Part shown: in pieces, positions 47,017 through 57,270 of the stretch
Numbering within the stretch: position 1 is the first letter of the stretch
Layout: every line of letters starts with the position of its first letter
NCBI GenBank assembly: GCA_045536965.1
Contig: JAZSON010000029.1
Coordinates: 72,052-136,051 of the forward strand
DNA from: Eubacteriales bacterium
GTDB taxonomy: Bacteria > Bacillota > Clostridia > Oscillospirales > SIG627
Reading direction: 5' to 3'
DNA length: 64,000 nucleotides
Notes under the pieces: model-generated
Seen by the model: the letters and a program-made list of their open reading frames with translations, nothing else
Databases searched by the model: none
What the model was told of the DNA's origin: nothing
Translations under genes and position numbers: made by a program

Positions 47017-47499
47017 TCAAAACAGGTTGGTGTTCTCCGCGGGGGCGGTTGCGGCAGCCGCCTGTAAAGATTCGCCCGACACGTCAACATTGCTGGGGGT
47101 GATGACGTAGGTGCTGTTAGCAACTTTTTTCAGCGAACCGTTGATGGCGTAAGCCACACCGTTAAGGAAGTCGATCAAACGACGTGCGTTCTCTTTGTTG
47201 GTGTCTTCCAGGTTGAGGAGAACGGTTTTTCTGTCAAGGAGATAATCAGCAATTTGCTCTACCTTTTCAAGACCTTCGGGTTTGACAACCTTCATTTCAA
47301 TGGAGGCGCCGGAAGACATCGAAAAGTTAGAAGGACGGGAATCTCTGGCAGAAGCAACCGATTCGGCTTTGGGTTGAACGGGAGAGATGCCTTCGACCGG
47401 AGTTTCATCTTCGGGTTCGATTGTGTTATCGGGTTCGTAGTCGTCACCTTGATCGGTACCGACCGCCATTGTTTTCAACCACTCAGTAAATTTGCTCAT
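47017..47499 (-). CDS. sepF: Cell division protein SepF
   Basis: C-terminal SepF domain (V.P....V..IAD.L......LLNLE........RL.DFL.G..YA..G). Confidence 0.85.
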   Translation of the reverse strand: MSKFTEWLKTMAVGTDQGDDYEPDNTIEPEDETPVEGISPVQPKAESVASARDSRPSNFSMSSGASIEMKVVKPEGLEKVEQIADYLLDRKTVLLNLEDTNKENARRLIDFLNGVAYAINGSLKKVANSTYVITPSNVDVSGESLQAAAATAPAENTNLF

Positions 47500-47539
47500 T
47501 TTTAACCTCCGCTATATTTGTTGTTAAAATTTTTCATTT

Positions 47540-48256
47540 TCAGTTTTGGGGTGTTGTCGGATAAACACGGGCACCGAAAATACCCGAACCGACACGCACC
47601 ATTGTCGAACCTGCCGATGCCGCGATAGCATAATCATCGGACATACCGATCGACAATACCTGCATATTACTATTATCTATGTTTTTGCTCGATATGTCAA
47701 TAAAAATTTCAAATATTTTTTGGAAAAATTCAAGTTGTCGTGCAGAATCGGTACAAATAGGGGGGATTGCCATCAAACCTTTGACGGAAATTCCCTCTAA
47801 AGGACTGATTTTTTGGATGAAATCAAGAGTGTCCTCGGGACGGATTCCCGATTTGGTTTCTTCAGCGGCCAGATTCAACTCGACCAAAATATCCATTCGT
47901 TTTCCTTTTGCAAGCGCGCGCTTTGAAATTTCGGATGCAAGCTCATAGGAATCTACCGATTGGATCATGTCAACCTTGTCGACAATGTATTTGACTTTGT
48001 TGGTTTGTAAATGTCCGATGAAATGGACTTGCACGCGATCGGTATTGATCTTGTCATACTTCTCAAGAAGTTCCTGCACACGGTTTTCACCGATGTGGGT
48101 CAAGCCGCAATCGATGGCAAAGTTGATTTCCTCGGGGGTGCGTGTTTTGGTGGCCGCAAGTAAAACAATGTCGGGATTGACGGCCGTTATTTTCAAATCC
48201 TCGCGTATGCGGGCAATGTTGTTTTGAATGTTCTCTTTCTGCTGATTGGTCATCAT
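47540..48256 (-). CDS. YggS/PLPBP family pyridoxal-phosphate homeostasis protein
   Basis: LLAATKT, HFIGHLQTNKV and MGMS.DY motifs. Confidence 0.85.
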   Translation of the reverse strand: MMTNQQKENIQNNIARIREDLKITAVNPDIVLLAATKTRTPEEINFAIDCGLTHIGENRVQELLEKYDKINTDRVQVHFIGHLQTNKVKYIVDKVDMIQSVDSYELASEISKRALAKGKRMDILVELNLAAEETKSGIRPEDTLDFIQKISPLEGISVKGLMAIPPICTDSARQLEFFQKIFEIFIDISSKNIDNSNMQVLSIGMSDDYAIAASAGSTMVRVGSGIFGARVYPTTPQN

Positions 48257-48271
48257 ATCTATTCACCTTGC

Positions 48272-49504
48272 TTATGTAATGGTTTTTCCCTCAAAAAGAT
48301 CCTTGCCGCCAATCAGCACGGTATCGTGCAGATGGAGGGAAGTGGCGTAATTTTCATCTTCTTCCGACACGGCTTTGACGATGTAATAACCACCGGATTC
48401 ATACAAACGCTCAATGGTACGGAAGGTGACGGTGCTGCCGTTTAAGATGTAAACACCCTCTTTTCCTTGGATGTAACGAACGGCATCTTTGGATATGCGG
48501 TATCCTTCATGGACGGCGCGTCTGAGCTGAACGCTTTGAGCCCGCGTGTAATCGAAATCGATGGGCATTTCGGTCATTTCAAAAACCAAAAGCTGTTCGT
48601 TTTGACCCGATTCGGCAATTTTTTTTAGCAGTTTGCCCCGAATGGAAATGCTGTCGGAATAGGGGAATATGACCGAATAATATTTGTTTTCGGTAAAATT
48701 GAAGCATTCTTCTTTGGAAAGAGGACAAACAACGTACCATGTGTAATCCGTTATGATCTTTCCAACAGCTCCGTCGGCGGTGACTTTTTCATTGAGCGCC
48801 TCATAAAAACCCGAGACTGTAAGTGTGTCAATCAAAGAGGGGGTGAAGATTGTTTCATATCCGTCGATCCGGGAAGAAAAATAACCGGGAACGGTGGCAC
48901 AAACAGGTTCTTTGGGGGATGAGAGAGAGTTGTAAAGCGCCTCTTTTTCTTCTTTTAACGCGGCAATTTGCGCATCGAACCCCGCAACCTCATTGACCAT
49001 CAACTGCCGCTTGTTCATCAAAGTCAAAAGGGAAGAACGCTTTTGCAGAGCAAGTAAAGTTTTGCCGGCAAGCAAATTTTGCTTTATTTCCAAAATACTG
49101 TTGTAAATGGATTGATCCAAAGCGCCGATATCGGAGATTAAATACGATGTGTCAACGGTGCTGGCTTCTAATGTTCGGATTTTTTCTTCGATGGCACGAA
49201 TGCGATTCTGAATGTTGACATCGGGGGAATCGGTATAGACGGCTACAATCGGTTGCTTTACCGAAACCTTCTCACCCTCATCGACCAAGTTGTAAAAGAT
49301 ACCCGATTCGTCGGTGGTTAAGAGTGTTTCGCTACGCATCAGATAGGCCGATGCATCCACAATATCTTCCATCTCTGTTTTGAAAACGTATTCGGTGGTC
49401 ATACCCGTATTGAAGCGGGAAGAGAGTTGCATCAAAAGATAAAAGACTACGAGAAAGGGCACAACGAAAGCCAAAATGCGCTGAAGTATTTTCTTGGATT
49501 TCAT
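48272..49504 (-). CDS. Membrane-anchored protein with barrel-sandwich/coiled-coil features (HlyD-like, uncertain)
   Basis: N-terminal TM helix and a central coiled-coil-like stretch (IAALKEEKEALYNSL). Its start overlaps the miaA stop by 4 nt. Confidence 0.4.
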   Translation of the reverse strand: MKSKKILQRILAFVVPFLVVFYLLMQLSSRFNTGMTTEYVFKTEMEDIVDASAYLMRSETLLTTDESGIFYNLVDEGEKVSVKQPIVAVYTDSPDVNIQNRIRAIEEKIRTLEASTVDTSYLISDIGALDQSIYNSILEIKQNLLAGKTLLALQKRSSLLTLMNKRQLMVNEVAGFDAQIAALKEEKEALYNSLSSPKEPVCATVPGYFSSRIDGYETIFTPSLIDTLTVSGFYEALNEKVTADGAVGKIITDYTWYVVCPLSKEECFNFTENKYYSVIFPYSDSISIRGKLLKKIAESGQNEQLLVFEMTEMPIDFDYTRAQSVQLRRAVHEGYRISKDAVRYIQGKEGVYILNGSTVTFRTIERLYESGGYYIVKAVSEEDENYATSLHLHDTVLIGGKDLFEGKTIT

Positions 49505-50445
49505 TTTTGCACCTCCTCCTTGTATAACAATTCATTCAATTCATTATCATCGGGAAGCCCGTTATCCATGGGCAGAAAAACAGCTTGATTGTAGCGTTTG
49601 AACCAGGTGATCTGACGTTTTGCATATTGTCTTGAGCGTGTTTTCAAAATATCTACCGCTTCTTCTTGTGTCATGGTGCCTTCAAAATAAGAAATAAACT
49701 CTTTGTAACCTATAGCTTGACTTGCGGTGGGATTATCGGCGAGCCCCGATTGCAGTAAGGATTCGGTCTCTTTCATCAAGCCGTCTTTGACCATTTGATC
49801 GACGCGCCTGTTGATGCGGTCGTACAGCTTTTGACGGTCCTCGAAAACCGTCACGATCAAGCGGTAGGAAAAAGGCGGCGGGGTATGATGAGAGTCGGAT
49901 TGCAGTTTGCTGATGGGGGTACCTGTTTCTTCATATACTTCCAGCGCTCGAATAATACGGCGAATGTTGGAAGGGTGGAGCTTTTGAGCCGTCTCCGGAT
50001 CGACCGAAAAAAGTTTTGCAAGCATTGCTTCGGCCCCCTCTTGTTCGGCTTGCTGTTGTAACTTTTCCCTCAAACCTTGCGTGGGGGTGTAGCGGCCGAA
50101 ATCGGTGTTTTGAATGAGTGCATCGATGTAAAGTCCTGTTCCGCCAACGACAATGGGGAACTTGCCGCGAGAGAGTACGTCACGAATGGTTCGGTTGGCC
50201 GCTTCTTGATAGGCGGCCGCTGAAAACGGCTGGGTGATATCGAGAATGTCGATCAAGTGGTGAGGGATACCCTCGGTTTCACTTGGGGTGGGTTTGGCCG
50301 TACCGATGTTCATGCCGCGATATATCTGCATGGAATCGGCGGAAACGATCTCACCGCCGAAACGTTTTGCAATGGCAAGGGAAAGAGCGGTTTTTCCCGA
50401 TGCTGTCGGGCCGCCGATGACCAAACAATCAAAAGGTATTTTCAC
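49501..50445 (-). CDS. miaA: tRNA dimethylallyltransferase
   Basis: GPTASGKT P-loop, SADSMQIYRGMNIGTAKP. Confidence 0.9.
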   Translation of the reverse strand: MKIPFDCLVIGGPTASGKTALSLAIAKRFGGEIVSADSMQIYRGMNIGTAKPTPSETEGIPHHLIDILDITQPFSAAAYQEAANRTIRDVLSRGKFPIVVGGTGLYIDALIQNTDFGRYTPTQGLREKLQQQAEQEGAEAMLAKLFSVDPETAQKLHPSNIRRIIRALEVYEETGTPISKLQSDSHHTPPPFSYRLIVTVFEDRQKLYDRINRRVDQMVKDGLMKETESLLQSGLADNPTASQAIGYKEFISYFEGTMTQEEAVDILKTRSRQYAKRQITWFKRYNQAVFLPMDNGLPDDNELNELLYKEEVQK

Positions 50446-51509
50446 TGCATATCCTTTCTTTCGATGAACATAGCATCACCGAAGGAGAAAAAGCGGAAAC
50501 GATTGTCCACTGCATAACGATAGGCCGCCATGGTTTCATCATATCCCATAAAGGCGGAAACCAACATGATAAGGGTGCTTTCGGGCAGATGGAAGTTGGT
50601 GATTAACCCATCGGGGATTTTAAAGCGGTAGCCCGGATAGATGAAGATGGAAGTGTTTCCGTCGCCGCTCAAGAGCGTGCCGTTTTCATCCGAGGCTCCT
50701 TCCAGAGTGCGCAGTGAGGTTGTACCGACCGCGATGACACGCCTACCCTCAGCTTTTGCAAGGTTAACCTGATCGGCGGTTTCTTTCGGAACCGAGAAAA
50801 ATTCGTTGTGCATCAGATGTTTTGTGATATCCTCTTCTTTTACGGGACGGAATGTGCCCAAACCGACATGCAATGTAACGGGCGCGATGATGACGCCCAT
50901 GTTACGGATGGCATCCAACAAGGCGGGGGTGAAATGGAGACCGGCGGTTGGTGCTGCGGCTGAACCGTCATGACGGGCATAGACGGTTTGATAACGAGAG
51001 GTATCCTCGCACTTTTTTGTGATATAAGGGGGGAGAGGGGTGTTTCCGAGTTTATCGAGCAACGAAAAGAACGGCTCGCTGTGATCGTAGTCAAAACGAA
51101 CGAGGCGATTTCCGCCGTCGGTGATTTCCAAAACTGTGCCGCTCAATGCATCACCGATCCTAAAGGTCTGGCCACACTTTGCTCGCTTGCCCGGTTTTGT
51201 CAAAACCTCCCATACATCCTGGGCTTGTTGACGGAGAAGAAGAATTTCCAGAGGCTTTTCGTTTCCGTCACCATCGTGGGTAACGGCGAAAAGTCGCGCG
51301 GGGATGACCCGCGTTTCATTCAAGACCAAAACATCTCCTGCTTTTAACAGAGAGGGAAGGGCAGAGAATAAACCTTCGCTCAGCGGCAGTTTTTTTTTGC
51401 ATATAAGCAGACGCGAATGATCCCGAGGCTCTGCGGGCGTTTGGGCAATCAGTTCGGGGGGGAGGTCATAAAAATATGAAGAGCGTTTTGTGCATAACTC
51501 GTTATTCAT
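50442..51509 (-). CDS. queA: S-adenosylmethionine:tRNA ribosyltransferase-isomerase
   Basis: YDLPPELIAQ.PA.PRD.SRLL N-terminus and FSFGDAM C-terminus. Confidence 0.9.
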   Translation of the reverse strand: MNNELCTKRSSYFYDLPPELIAQTPAEPRDHSRLLICKKKLPLSEGLFSALPSLLKAGDVLVLNETRVIPARLFAVTHDGDGNEKPLEILLLRQQAQDVWEVLTKPGKRAKCGQTFRIGDALSGTVLEITDGGNRLVRFDYDHSEPFFSLLDKLGNTPLPPYITKKCEDTSRYQTVYARHDGSAAAPTAGLHFTPALLDAIRNMGVIIAPVTLHVGLGTFRPVKEEDITKHLMHNEFFSVPKETADQVNLAKAEGRRVIAVGTTSLRTLEGASDENGTLLSGDGNTSIFIYPGYRFKIPDGLITNFHLPESTLIMLVSAFMGYDETMAAYRYAVDNRFRFFSFGDAMFIERKDMQ

Positions 51510-51539
51510 GGGATTTTTTCCTTTTCGGGATAAAATGGC

Positions 51540-51568
51540 TTGACGGAGCGATAAAAAGGTGATACAAT
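51540..51568 (+). promoter_or_regulatory. Promoter for dapA-dapB
   Basis: TTGACG, 17-nt spacer ending TGa, TACAAT. This leaves a 5' UTR of about 150 nt. Confidence 0.5.
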
Positions 51569-51721
51569 ACCTATACTTGATATTCTAACGCAAATAGTTT
51601 GTTTTTGCAAGGTTTTCAACGATAATTTATAAAAATCTCGGTGCTTCGGTCGAAAAATGGGCGTTTGATCTTACTTTGCATATACTGGAGCAGACAGATA
51701 ATACAGAAAGGGAAGCTTACA

Positions 51722-52603
51722 ATGAAAAAAAAGACGATTTTTGAAGGTGCGGCTACCGCTTTGATTACCCCGTTCAGAGATGGGCACATAGATTATAAGG
51801 CGTTCGACAAGATTATAGAGGATCAGATTGCCGCAGGTATCGATGCATTGGTTGTTTGCGGTACCACGGGTGAATCTTCCACTTTGACCGACTTGGAGCA
51901 CAGAGAATTGATTTCCGACTGCGTTACCCGTGTAGCGGGTCGCGTGCCCGTAATTGCGGGTACGGGAAGCAATGAAACGTCTTATGCGGTTGAACTCTCT
52001 CGCTTTGCAGCATCCGAGGGTGTTGACGGCGTTTTGATCGTTACCCCTTATTACAACAAATCCACCCCCAAGGGCTTGGTGCGCCATTACAATGCGATTG
52101 CCGATGCTAGCACCGCTCCCGTGATCGTTTATAATGTTCCCTCTCGTACCGGTGTGAACATCAAGCCGGAAACCTATGTGAAATTGGCTGAACACGAAAA
52201 CATCGTTGCGATCAAAGAGGCAAACGGCGATGCTGCGGCCGCCGCTACAACTTTGGCGCTGTGCGGCGATTCTATCGATATGTATTCAGGTAACGATGAT
52301 GAGATCGTTTCTTTGATGGCTGTCGGTGCCAAGGGTGTTATCTCGGTGCTTTCCAATGTAGTTCCCGCCGAGACCCACGAAATGTGCCGTGCGCTTCTTG
52401 ATGGTGATCTTGTCCGTGCTCGTACACTCCAACTTCGCTACATGGATTTGATCCATGCTCTCTTTTGCGAGGTCAATCCCATCCCCGTTAAAACTGCTAT
52501 GGCGGCTATGGGGTATTGCACTGAAGAAATGCGTCTGCCCCTTTGCGAGATGGAAGAGGCTACTCGTGTCCGTCTTATGAAGGCGTTGCAAATCTGTATT
52601 TAA
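51722..52603 (+). CDS. dapA: 4-hydroxy-tetrahydrodipicolinate synthase
   Basis: VCGTTGES and YNVP.RTG motifs. The ATG at 51722 has an AAGGGAAG SD. The ORF-track start at 51641 is an upstream extension. Confidence 0.9.
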   Translation: MKKKTIFEGAATALITPFRDGHIDYKAFDKIIEDQIAAGIDALVVCGTTGESSTLTDLEHRELISDCVTRVAGRVPVIAGTGSNETSYAVELSRFAASEGVDGVLIVTPYYNKSTPKGLVRHYNAIADASTAPVIVYNVPSRTGVNIKPETYVKLAEHENIVAIKEANGDAAAAATTLALCGDSIDMYSGNDDEIVSLMAVGAKGVISVLSNVVPAETHEMCRALLDGDLVRARTLQLRYMDLIHALFCEVNPIPVKTAMAAMGYCTEEMRLPLCEMEEATRVRLMKALQICI

Positions 52604-52617
52604 GCGGGGACTGCGAT

Positions 52618-53385
52618 ATGGTGAATATTTTACTGTCAGGTTGCTTGGGGAAAATGGGGCGAATGATTGCTTCGCTCGTGAATGAAACAGAGGGTGTCCG
52701 TGTCGTTGCGGGTGTCGATATAAACACTGCCGATGATTTGGGATTCCCTGTGTATACCGATATTTTTGCGGTCAAGGAAAAAGCAGATGTTTTGATCGAC
52801 TTTTCCCATCATAGCGCTGTCTTTTCTGTCCTGCGCATGGCTAAGATGAATCGTATGCCCGTTGTGATATGCACCACGGGTCACACACCCGACGAAAAAG
52901 AACTGATCACAGCCGCTTCTTCCGAGGTGCCCGTCTTCTTCTCGGCCAATATGTCGCTTGGTATCAATCTTTTGATGCTTTTGTGTAAGCAGGCGGCTTC
53001 TGTTTTGGAGAATGATTTTGATATTGAACTGATTGAAAAGCATCACAATCAGAAACTGGATGCTCCCAGCGGAACCGCATATCTTCTTGCCGATGCCATC
53101 AACGATGCTCTCGAGCAGCCCTGTGAATATGTATACGACCGTCACGATCGCCGTGAAAAACGCGGTAAAAAAGAGATCGGTTTGCATGCTGTTCGCGGTG
53201 GAAATATCGTCGGTGAGCACGAAGTGATTTTTGCAGGACAGGACGAAGTGGTTACCCTTTCTCACAGCGCTACTTCCCGTCGGGTTTTTGCTGAGGGTGC
53301 TGTAAAAGCGGCGGTGTTTGTTAAGGATCAGAACCCCGGTCTTTATTCCATGCAGGATCTGTTAAAATTGCGTCTCGGTTTATAA
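52618..53385 (+). CDS. dapB: 4-hydroxy-tetrahydrodipicolinate reductase
   Basis: N-terminal G..GKMG Rossmann motif and E.HH..K.DAPSGTA motif. Start ATG at 52618. Confidence 0.9.
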   Translation: MVNILLSGCLGKMGRMIASLVNETEGVRVVAGVDINTADDLGFPVYTDIFAVKEKADVLIDFSHHSAVFSVLRMAKMNRMPVVICTTGHTPDEKELITAASSEVPVFFSANMSLGINLLMLLCKQAASVLENDFDIELIEKHHNQKLDAPSGTAYLLADAINDALEQPCEYVYDRHDRREKRGKKEIGLHAVRGGNIVGEHEVIFAGQDEVVTLSHSATSRRVFAEGAVKAAVFVKDQNPGLYSMQDLLKLRLGL

Positions 53386-53399
53386 ACTGTATATACGAC

Positions 53400-53428
53400 A
53401 AAAAGCGTCACAATGCGTGACGCTTTTT
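53400..53428. terminator. Bidirectional rho-independent terminator
   Basis: Arms agcgtcac/gtgacgct, flanked by an A-run and a T-run, between convergent dapB and uppP. Confidence 0.75.
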
Positions 53429-53452
53429 GTATGCCGTTTGTATGTAATTTGT

Positions 53453-54268
53453 CTATTTGAGGAGATAATAAACAAGGAGAATGGCTGCAAGAATGATGCG
53501 GTAAATACCGAAAGAACGAAAATCATGTTTTTTTACAAATCCGAGCAGGAAACGAATGGCAAGGAGTGAAACCGCAAAAGAGATAACCGAGCCTGTGAGG
53601 AGGAGCCAAAGTTCGGTGGAGGTGAAATTAAGGCCGAAATCAAGAAGCTTAATAGCGGAAGCACCGAACATGACGGGGATGGCGAGAAAGAAGGAGAATT
53701 CAGCCGCGAGTTCTCTGGAACAACCGATTAAAATAGCCGCCAAAATGGTAGAACCTGAACGGGATGTGCCGGGGATAATGGAAAGACATTGGATGATACC
53801 TATGATAAAGGCGGTTTTGTATGATAGCTCGGAAAAAGAGCGGATGGCAGGAGTTTTCGTTTTGTTTTGGTTTTCTATGAGTATAAATAAAACGCCGTAT
53901 ATAAAGAGGGTGCAGATGACGGTGGGGAAGTTGAAGAAGTGTTCATCCATCCAATCGTCAAACAAAACGCCGATGATTCCGGCGGGAAGGCAGGCGATGA
54001 ATACGCGAAACCAAATATGCCAGGTTTCTTTTTTTTGCACCGAACTTTTGGAGGGGGCGAATGGATTTAGCTTGTTAAAATATAGGAAAATAACGGCAAA
54101 AATAGCGCCGAGTTGGATGACTACATCAAACATTTCATAAAAGGCGGACGACGTATCCGTGCCGAAAAATTCGTGTGCGATAATCAAATGGCCGGTTGAA
54201 CTGATCGGTAAAAATTCGGTGATGCCTTCAATGATACCGAGGACGATAACTTTGATGAATTCGATCAT
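53453..54268 (-). CDS. uppP: Undecaprenyl-diphosphate phosphatase
   Basis: EFLPISSTGHL and PGTSRSG motifs; polytopic membrane protein. Confidence 0.9.
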   Translation of the reverse strand: MIEFIKVIVLGIIEGITEFLPISSTGHLIIAHEFFGTDTSSAFYEMFDVVIQLGAIFAVIFLYFNKLNPFAPSKSSVQKKETWHIWFRVFIACLPAGIIGVLFDDWMDEHFFNFPTVICTLFIYGVLFILIENQNKTKTPAIRSFSELSYKTAFIIGIIQCLSIIPGTSRSGSTILAAILIGCSRELAAEFSFFLAIPVMFGASAIKLLDFGLNFTSTELWLLLTGSVISFAVSLLAIRFLLGFVKKHDFRSFGIYRIILAAILLVYYLLK

Positions 54269-54438
54269 AAGGACTTCCTTTCAAAAAATGGTTTGAATGC
54301 ATATATTGTAACATAATGTCTTGTCTTTTGCAAGATATGTTGTGGGGGATGGTATATAAAATATGCACAAAAATCAAAAAGAATGTTGTGCAAATCGTAA
54401 ATTGTTTGAAAAAAGTGGCGGAATGATAAAATTAGACC

Positions 54439-54467
54439 TTGATTTATTTTATATTTTGCGTTATAAT
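54439..54467 (+). promoter_or_regulatory. Promoter for the kinase / Wzz / BY-kinase genes
   Basis: TTGATT (54439-54444), 17-nt spacer, TATAAT (54462-54467). Confidence 0.55.
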
Positions 54468-54536
54468 ATAAATATAAAAAGGAATTGCGTTTATATTGCC
54501 TTTTCGTAATGCATTACAGCGAAGGGGGGTATCCCA

Positions 54537-55649
54537 ATGAACCGTAATAGCGGTTTTATCAGCGTCGGTTTGTTGTCTAAATTTGGAATTAACGACCGTG
54601 TTGCTAAGGAAACAGTCTTGGAAAATGGCCATATCAACGGAACTTATCGGATTGACCTTTTAGGGAAGAACGGTCCGTACAGTGTTATTTTGCAGTCGGT
54701 CAATACGTTTGTTTTCAGCGAACCGACTTTGATTATGCAAAATATCGAAAAAGTGACAAGCCACATCCGCGATCGAATGATTGCGGCGGGCATCAATCCC
54801 GAACGGCGTGTCATGGAGTTTTTTAAGACACAAAGCGGAGATAATTATTATATTGATGAGCATGGTTCGTTTTGGCGTTCCTATGTCTTTATTGATGGCG
54901 CTCGTACCTATGATTTTGCCGACACTCTCGATCTTCTTTACCGCACCGGTTGTGCTTTTGGCAGTTTTCAGCGTTGGCTTTCGGATTTCCCGATGCGAGA
55001 ACTGTATGAGACGATTCCCAATTTCCATAATACGCCGCTTCGTCTTCGTCAACTGGAAGAGGCGATAGCGTCGGATCCGTTGGGACGTGTAAAGGAAGTC
55101 ACCGAAGAAATAGCTTTCTTCCGCGATCGCAAGGGTGTCGCCGCCAAGTTGGTCAATATGCTCGAAAACGGAGAAATTCCTCTCCGTGTAACCCACAACG
55201 ATACAAAATGCAACAATGTTTTGATCGATTTGGAAACACACGAGGATTTGTGTGTCATAGACTTGGATACCGTAATGCCCGGTCTTGCCGCATTTGATTT
55301 TGGTGATGCCGTTCGTTTTGCTGCAAGTTCTGTAGCCGAAGATGAAACCGACCTTTCGAAAGTATATCTTGATTTGAATCGTTTTGAAGCATTTGCGCGC
55401 GGTTTTATCGGTGAGTCGTCAGGCTTTTTCACCTCTGCCGAGCTTGCATCTATGCCTTGGGGTGCACTGGTTATTACCATTGAATTGGCTTCCCGCTTTT
55501 TGGCTGATTATATTATGGGCGATAAATACTTTAGAATTCACCGTTCGGGACAAAATCTTGATAGGGCGCGTAATCAAATTCACCTTGCCAAAAGTATGGA
55601 GTCGAAGTTTGATCTCATGTGTTCCTTAGTGGAAAGGTATGTAAAGTAG
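54537..55649 (+). CDS. APH-family phosphotransferase (N-acetylhexosamine 1-kinase-like)
   Basis: GHINGTY near the N-terminus, HNDTKCNNVLID catalytic loop, IDLDT Mg-binding motif. Confidence 0.6.
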   Translation: MNRNSGFISVGLLSKFGINDRVAKETVLENGHINGTYRIDLLGKNGPYSVILQSVNTFVFSEPTLIMQNIEKVTSHIRDRMIAAGINPERRVMEFFKTQSGDNYYIDEHGSFWRSYVFIDGARTYDFADTLDLLYRTGCAFGSFQRWLSDFPMRELYETIPNFHNTPLRLRQLEEAIASDPLGRVKEVTEEIAFFRDRKGVAAKLVNMLENGEIPLRVTHNDTKCNNVLIDLETHEDLCVIDLDTVMPGLAAFDFGDAVRFAASSVAEDETDLSKVYLDLNRFEAFARGFIGESSGFFTSAELASMPWGALVITIELASRFLADYIMGDKYFRIHRSGQNLDRARNQIHLAKSMESKFDLMCSLVERYVK

Positions 55650-55739
55650 CCCGATATGCGGAAATTTAATATCCAGAAGTTGAACATTCGAAAGATTAAA
55701 ATTCAAAATAGACTTGCATTTAGGAGAGTATGTTTTCAT

Positions 55740-56462
55740 ATGGAAATTACGTTAAAGGATTGCGGACTTGCAATTTTAAGACATGTACTGCCCATTCTTT
55801 TGGTGAGTGTGTTTGTGTTTGTTGTTGTTTTTGCTTATTTTTCCGCAAACGTGGAGACCTCTTATTCTTATGAGGTGACTTTTTCAAACACAACGGTTGA
55901 TGTGCTTCCCCCCGAAACGGTTACTGGCACATCCTATGCAATTCACACCTATTTGGTAACGGTTATTCCCACACAGATTGATTTGCTTGATACCGAAACT
56001 TTCTTTGCTTTGGTGGCGCAGGATTCTGCCGTTAAGGCGTTGGGTGAGAATAAATACACTAAACAGACATTGCAGAAAATGGTCACTTTCTCGCAACCCG
56101 ATGAAGAGGTTGCCAACTTCCATGCGAAGATTGCCGCTTCTTCCAATGCAGATTCAAAGGTCCTTTCCGAAGCCATCGCAAAGTATGTCCCGCAATATTT
56201 GAAGCAATGCGGACACGGAAACGGCAACAAAGCAATCGGTGAACCTGCAGGCCCGAAAAAATCGGTTACCAATCCTTTTACGCAGGGAATCAAGGGTTTT
56301 ATTATCATTGCTGTATTGATGTGTGCTGTCTTTGTTGTTCGCGAGGCTTTGGACACTCGAATTAAAAACGAAAAGGTTATTACAACCAACCTCAAAATCC
56401 CCGTATTGGGATCGGTCCCCTCCTTTTCGGTTGACAAAAAACTGAAAGGAAGTGACAAATAA
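55740..56462 (+). CDS. Wzz/CpsC-like polysaccharide chain-length determinant (BY-kinase modulator)
   Basis: N- and C-terminal TM helices flank an extracellular region. It lies immediately upstream of the BY-kinase gene, with a 1-nt stop/start overlap. The start is uncertain (55740 versus 55656). Confidence 0.6.
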   Translation: MEITLKDCGLAILRHVLPILLVSVFVFVVVFAYFSANVETSYSYEVTFSNTTVDVLPPETVTGTSYAIHTYLVTVIPTQIDLLDTETFFALVAQDSAVKALGENKYTKQTLQKMVTFSQPDEEVANFHAKIAASSNADSKVLSEAIAKYVPQYLKQCGHGNGNKAIGEPAGPKKSVTNPFTQGIKGFIIIAVLMCAVFVVREALDTRIKNEKVITTNLKIPVLGSVPSFSVDKKLKGSDK

Positions 56463-57205
56463 TGCGTAACAATAAGTTGGAGACGTTTTCTCCCGTTGAA
56501 TCTAATGTCTTTGAAAAAGAAAATGCTTTTTATGCACGCGAGGCGTACCGTTCCATCCGAACCAATTTAACCTTTTCGGTATTGAAGGATGGTTGCAAAC
56601 GGATCCTTTTTTCCAGTCCTGCTCCCAGTGAAGGTAAAACGACCACGACTGTCAATCTTTCCATCTCTATGGCGCAGACTGAAAACCGCGTGTTACTTAT
56701 TGATACCGATTTGCGTAAGCCCCGTGTTCATTCAGTTTTTGGTTTTGAGGCATCGCCCGGTGTTTCCAATGTTTTGGGGCGCATGTCTTCCTTGGCCGAT
56801 GCAATCCGCCACACAAAGTACAAAAATCTTGATGTTCTTTGTGCGGGAGACAGAGTGGCCAACCCCGCTGAAATGGTTACAAGTGAAGCCATGATGCAAA
56901 TGCTTGATCAGCTTTCCAAAGTGTATGATTATATTTTCATCGATACACCGCCGCTCAATGTTGTTTCGGATGCGCTTCCTCTTGCAAAGCAGTCTGATGG
57001 TGTTGTGTTGGTTGTCCGTCAAATGGTTTCGACCTACAATGAGCTTGAAAAGGCCGTTAATTCTCTTGCTTTTGTAGAAGCCAATCTCATCGGTGTTGTA
57101 TTGAATGACACAATTACCGACGATGATGGTAATCGTTATAGCCGCTATGGTAAATACGGCAAACATGGAAGGTACAGTAAATACAGTTCCTATCGCAATT
57201 CTTGA
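56462..57205 (+). CDS. CpsD/CapB-family protein tyrosine kinase (BY-kinase)
   Basis: Walker A SEGKTTT and a C-terminal Tyr cluster YSRYGKYGKHGRYSKYSSY. Confidence 0.85.
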   Translation: MRNNKLETFSPVESNVFEKENAFYAREAYRSIRTNLTFSVLKDGCKRILFSSPAPSEGKTTTTVNLSISMAQTENRVLLIDTDLRKPRVHSVFGFEASPGVSNVLGRMSSLADAIRHTKYKNLDVLCAGDRVANPAEMVTSEAMMQMLDQLSKVYDYIFIDTPPLNVVSDALPLAKQSDGVVLVVRQMVSTYNELEKAVNSLAFVEANLIGVVLNDTITDDDGNRYSRYGKYGKHGRYSKYSSYRNS

Positions 57206-57270
57206 CAAAGTATTTCACGCGATTTCGCGTAAAATAAATTAAATAAGAAAATTTTATTAGGAGGTTCCCC

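Noticed and set aside
51569-51721. Possible lysine riboswitch (L-box) in the ~150-nt 5' UTR of dapA-dapB.
   Set aside because: I could not find the conserved L-box core elements or a terminator/antiterminator pair. The region is AT-rich with only short, weak hairpins.
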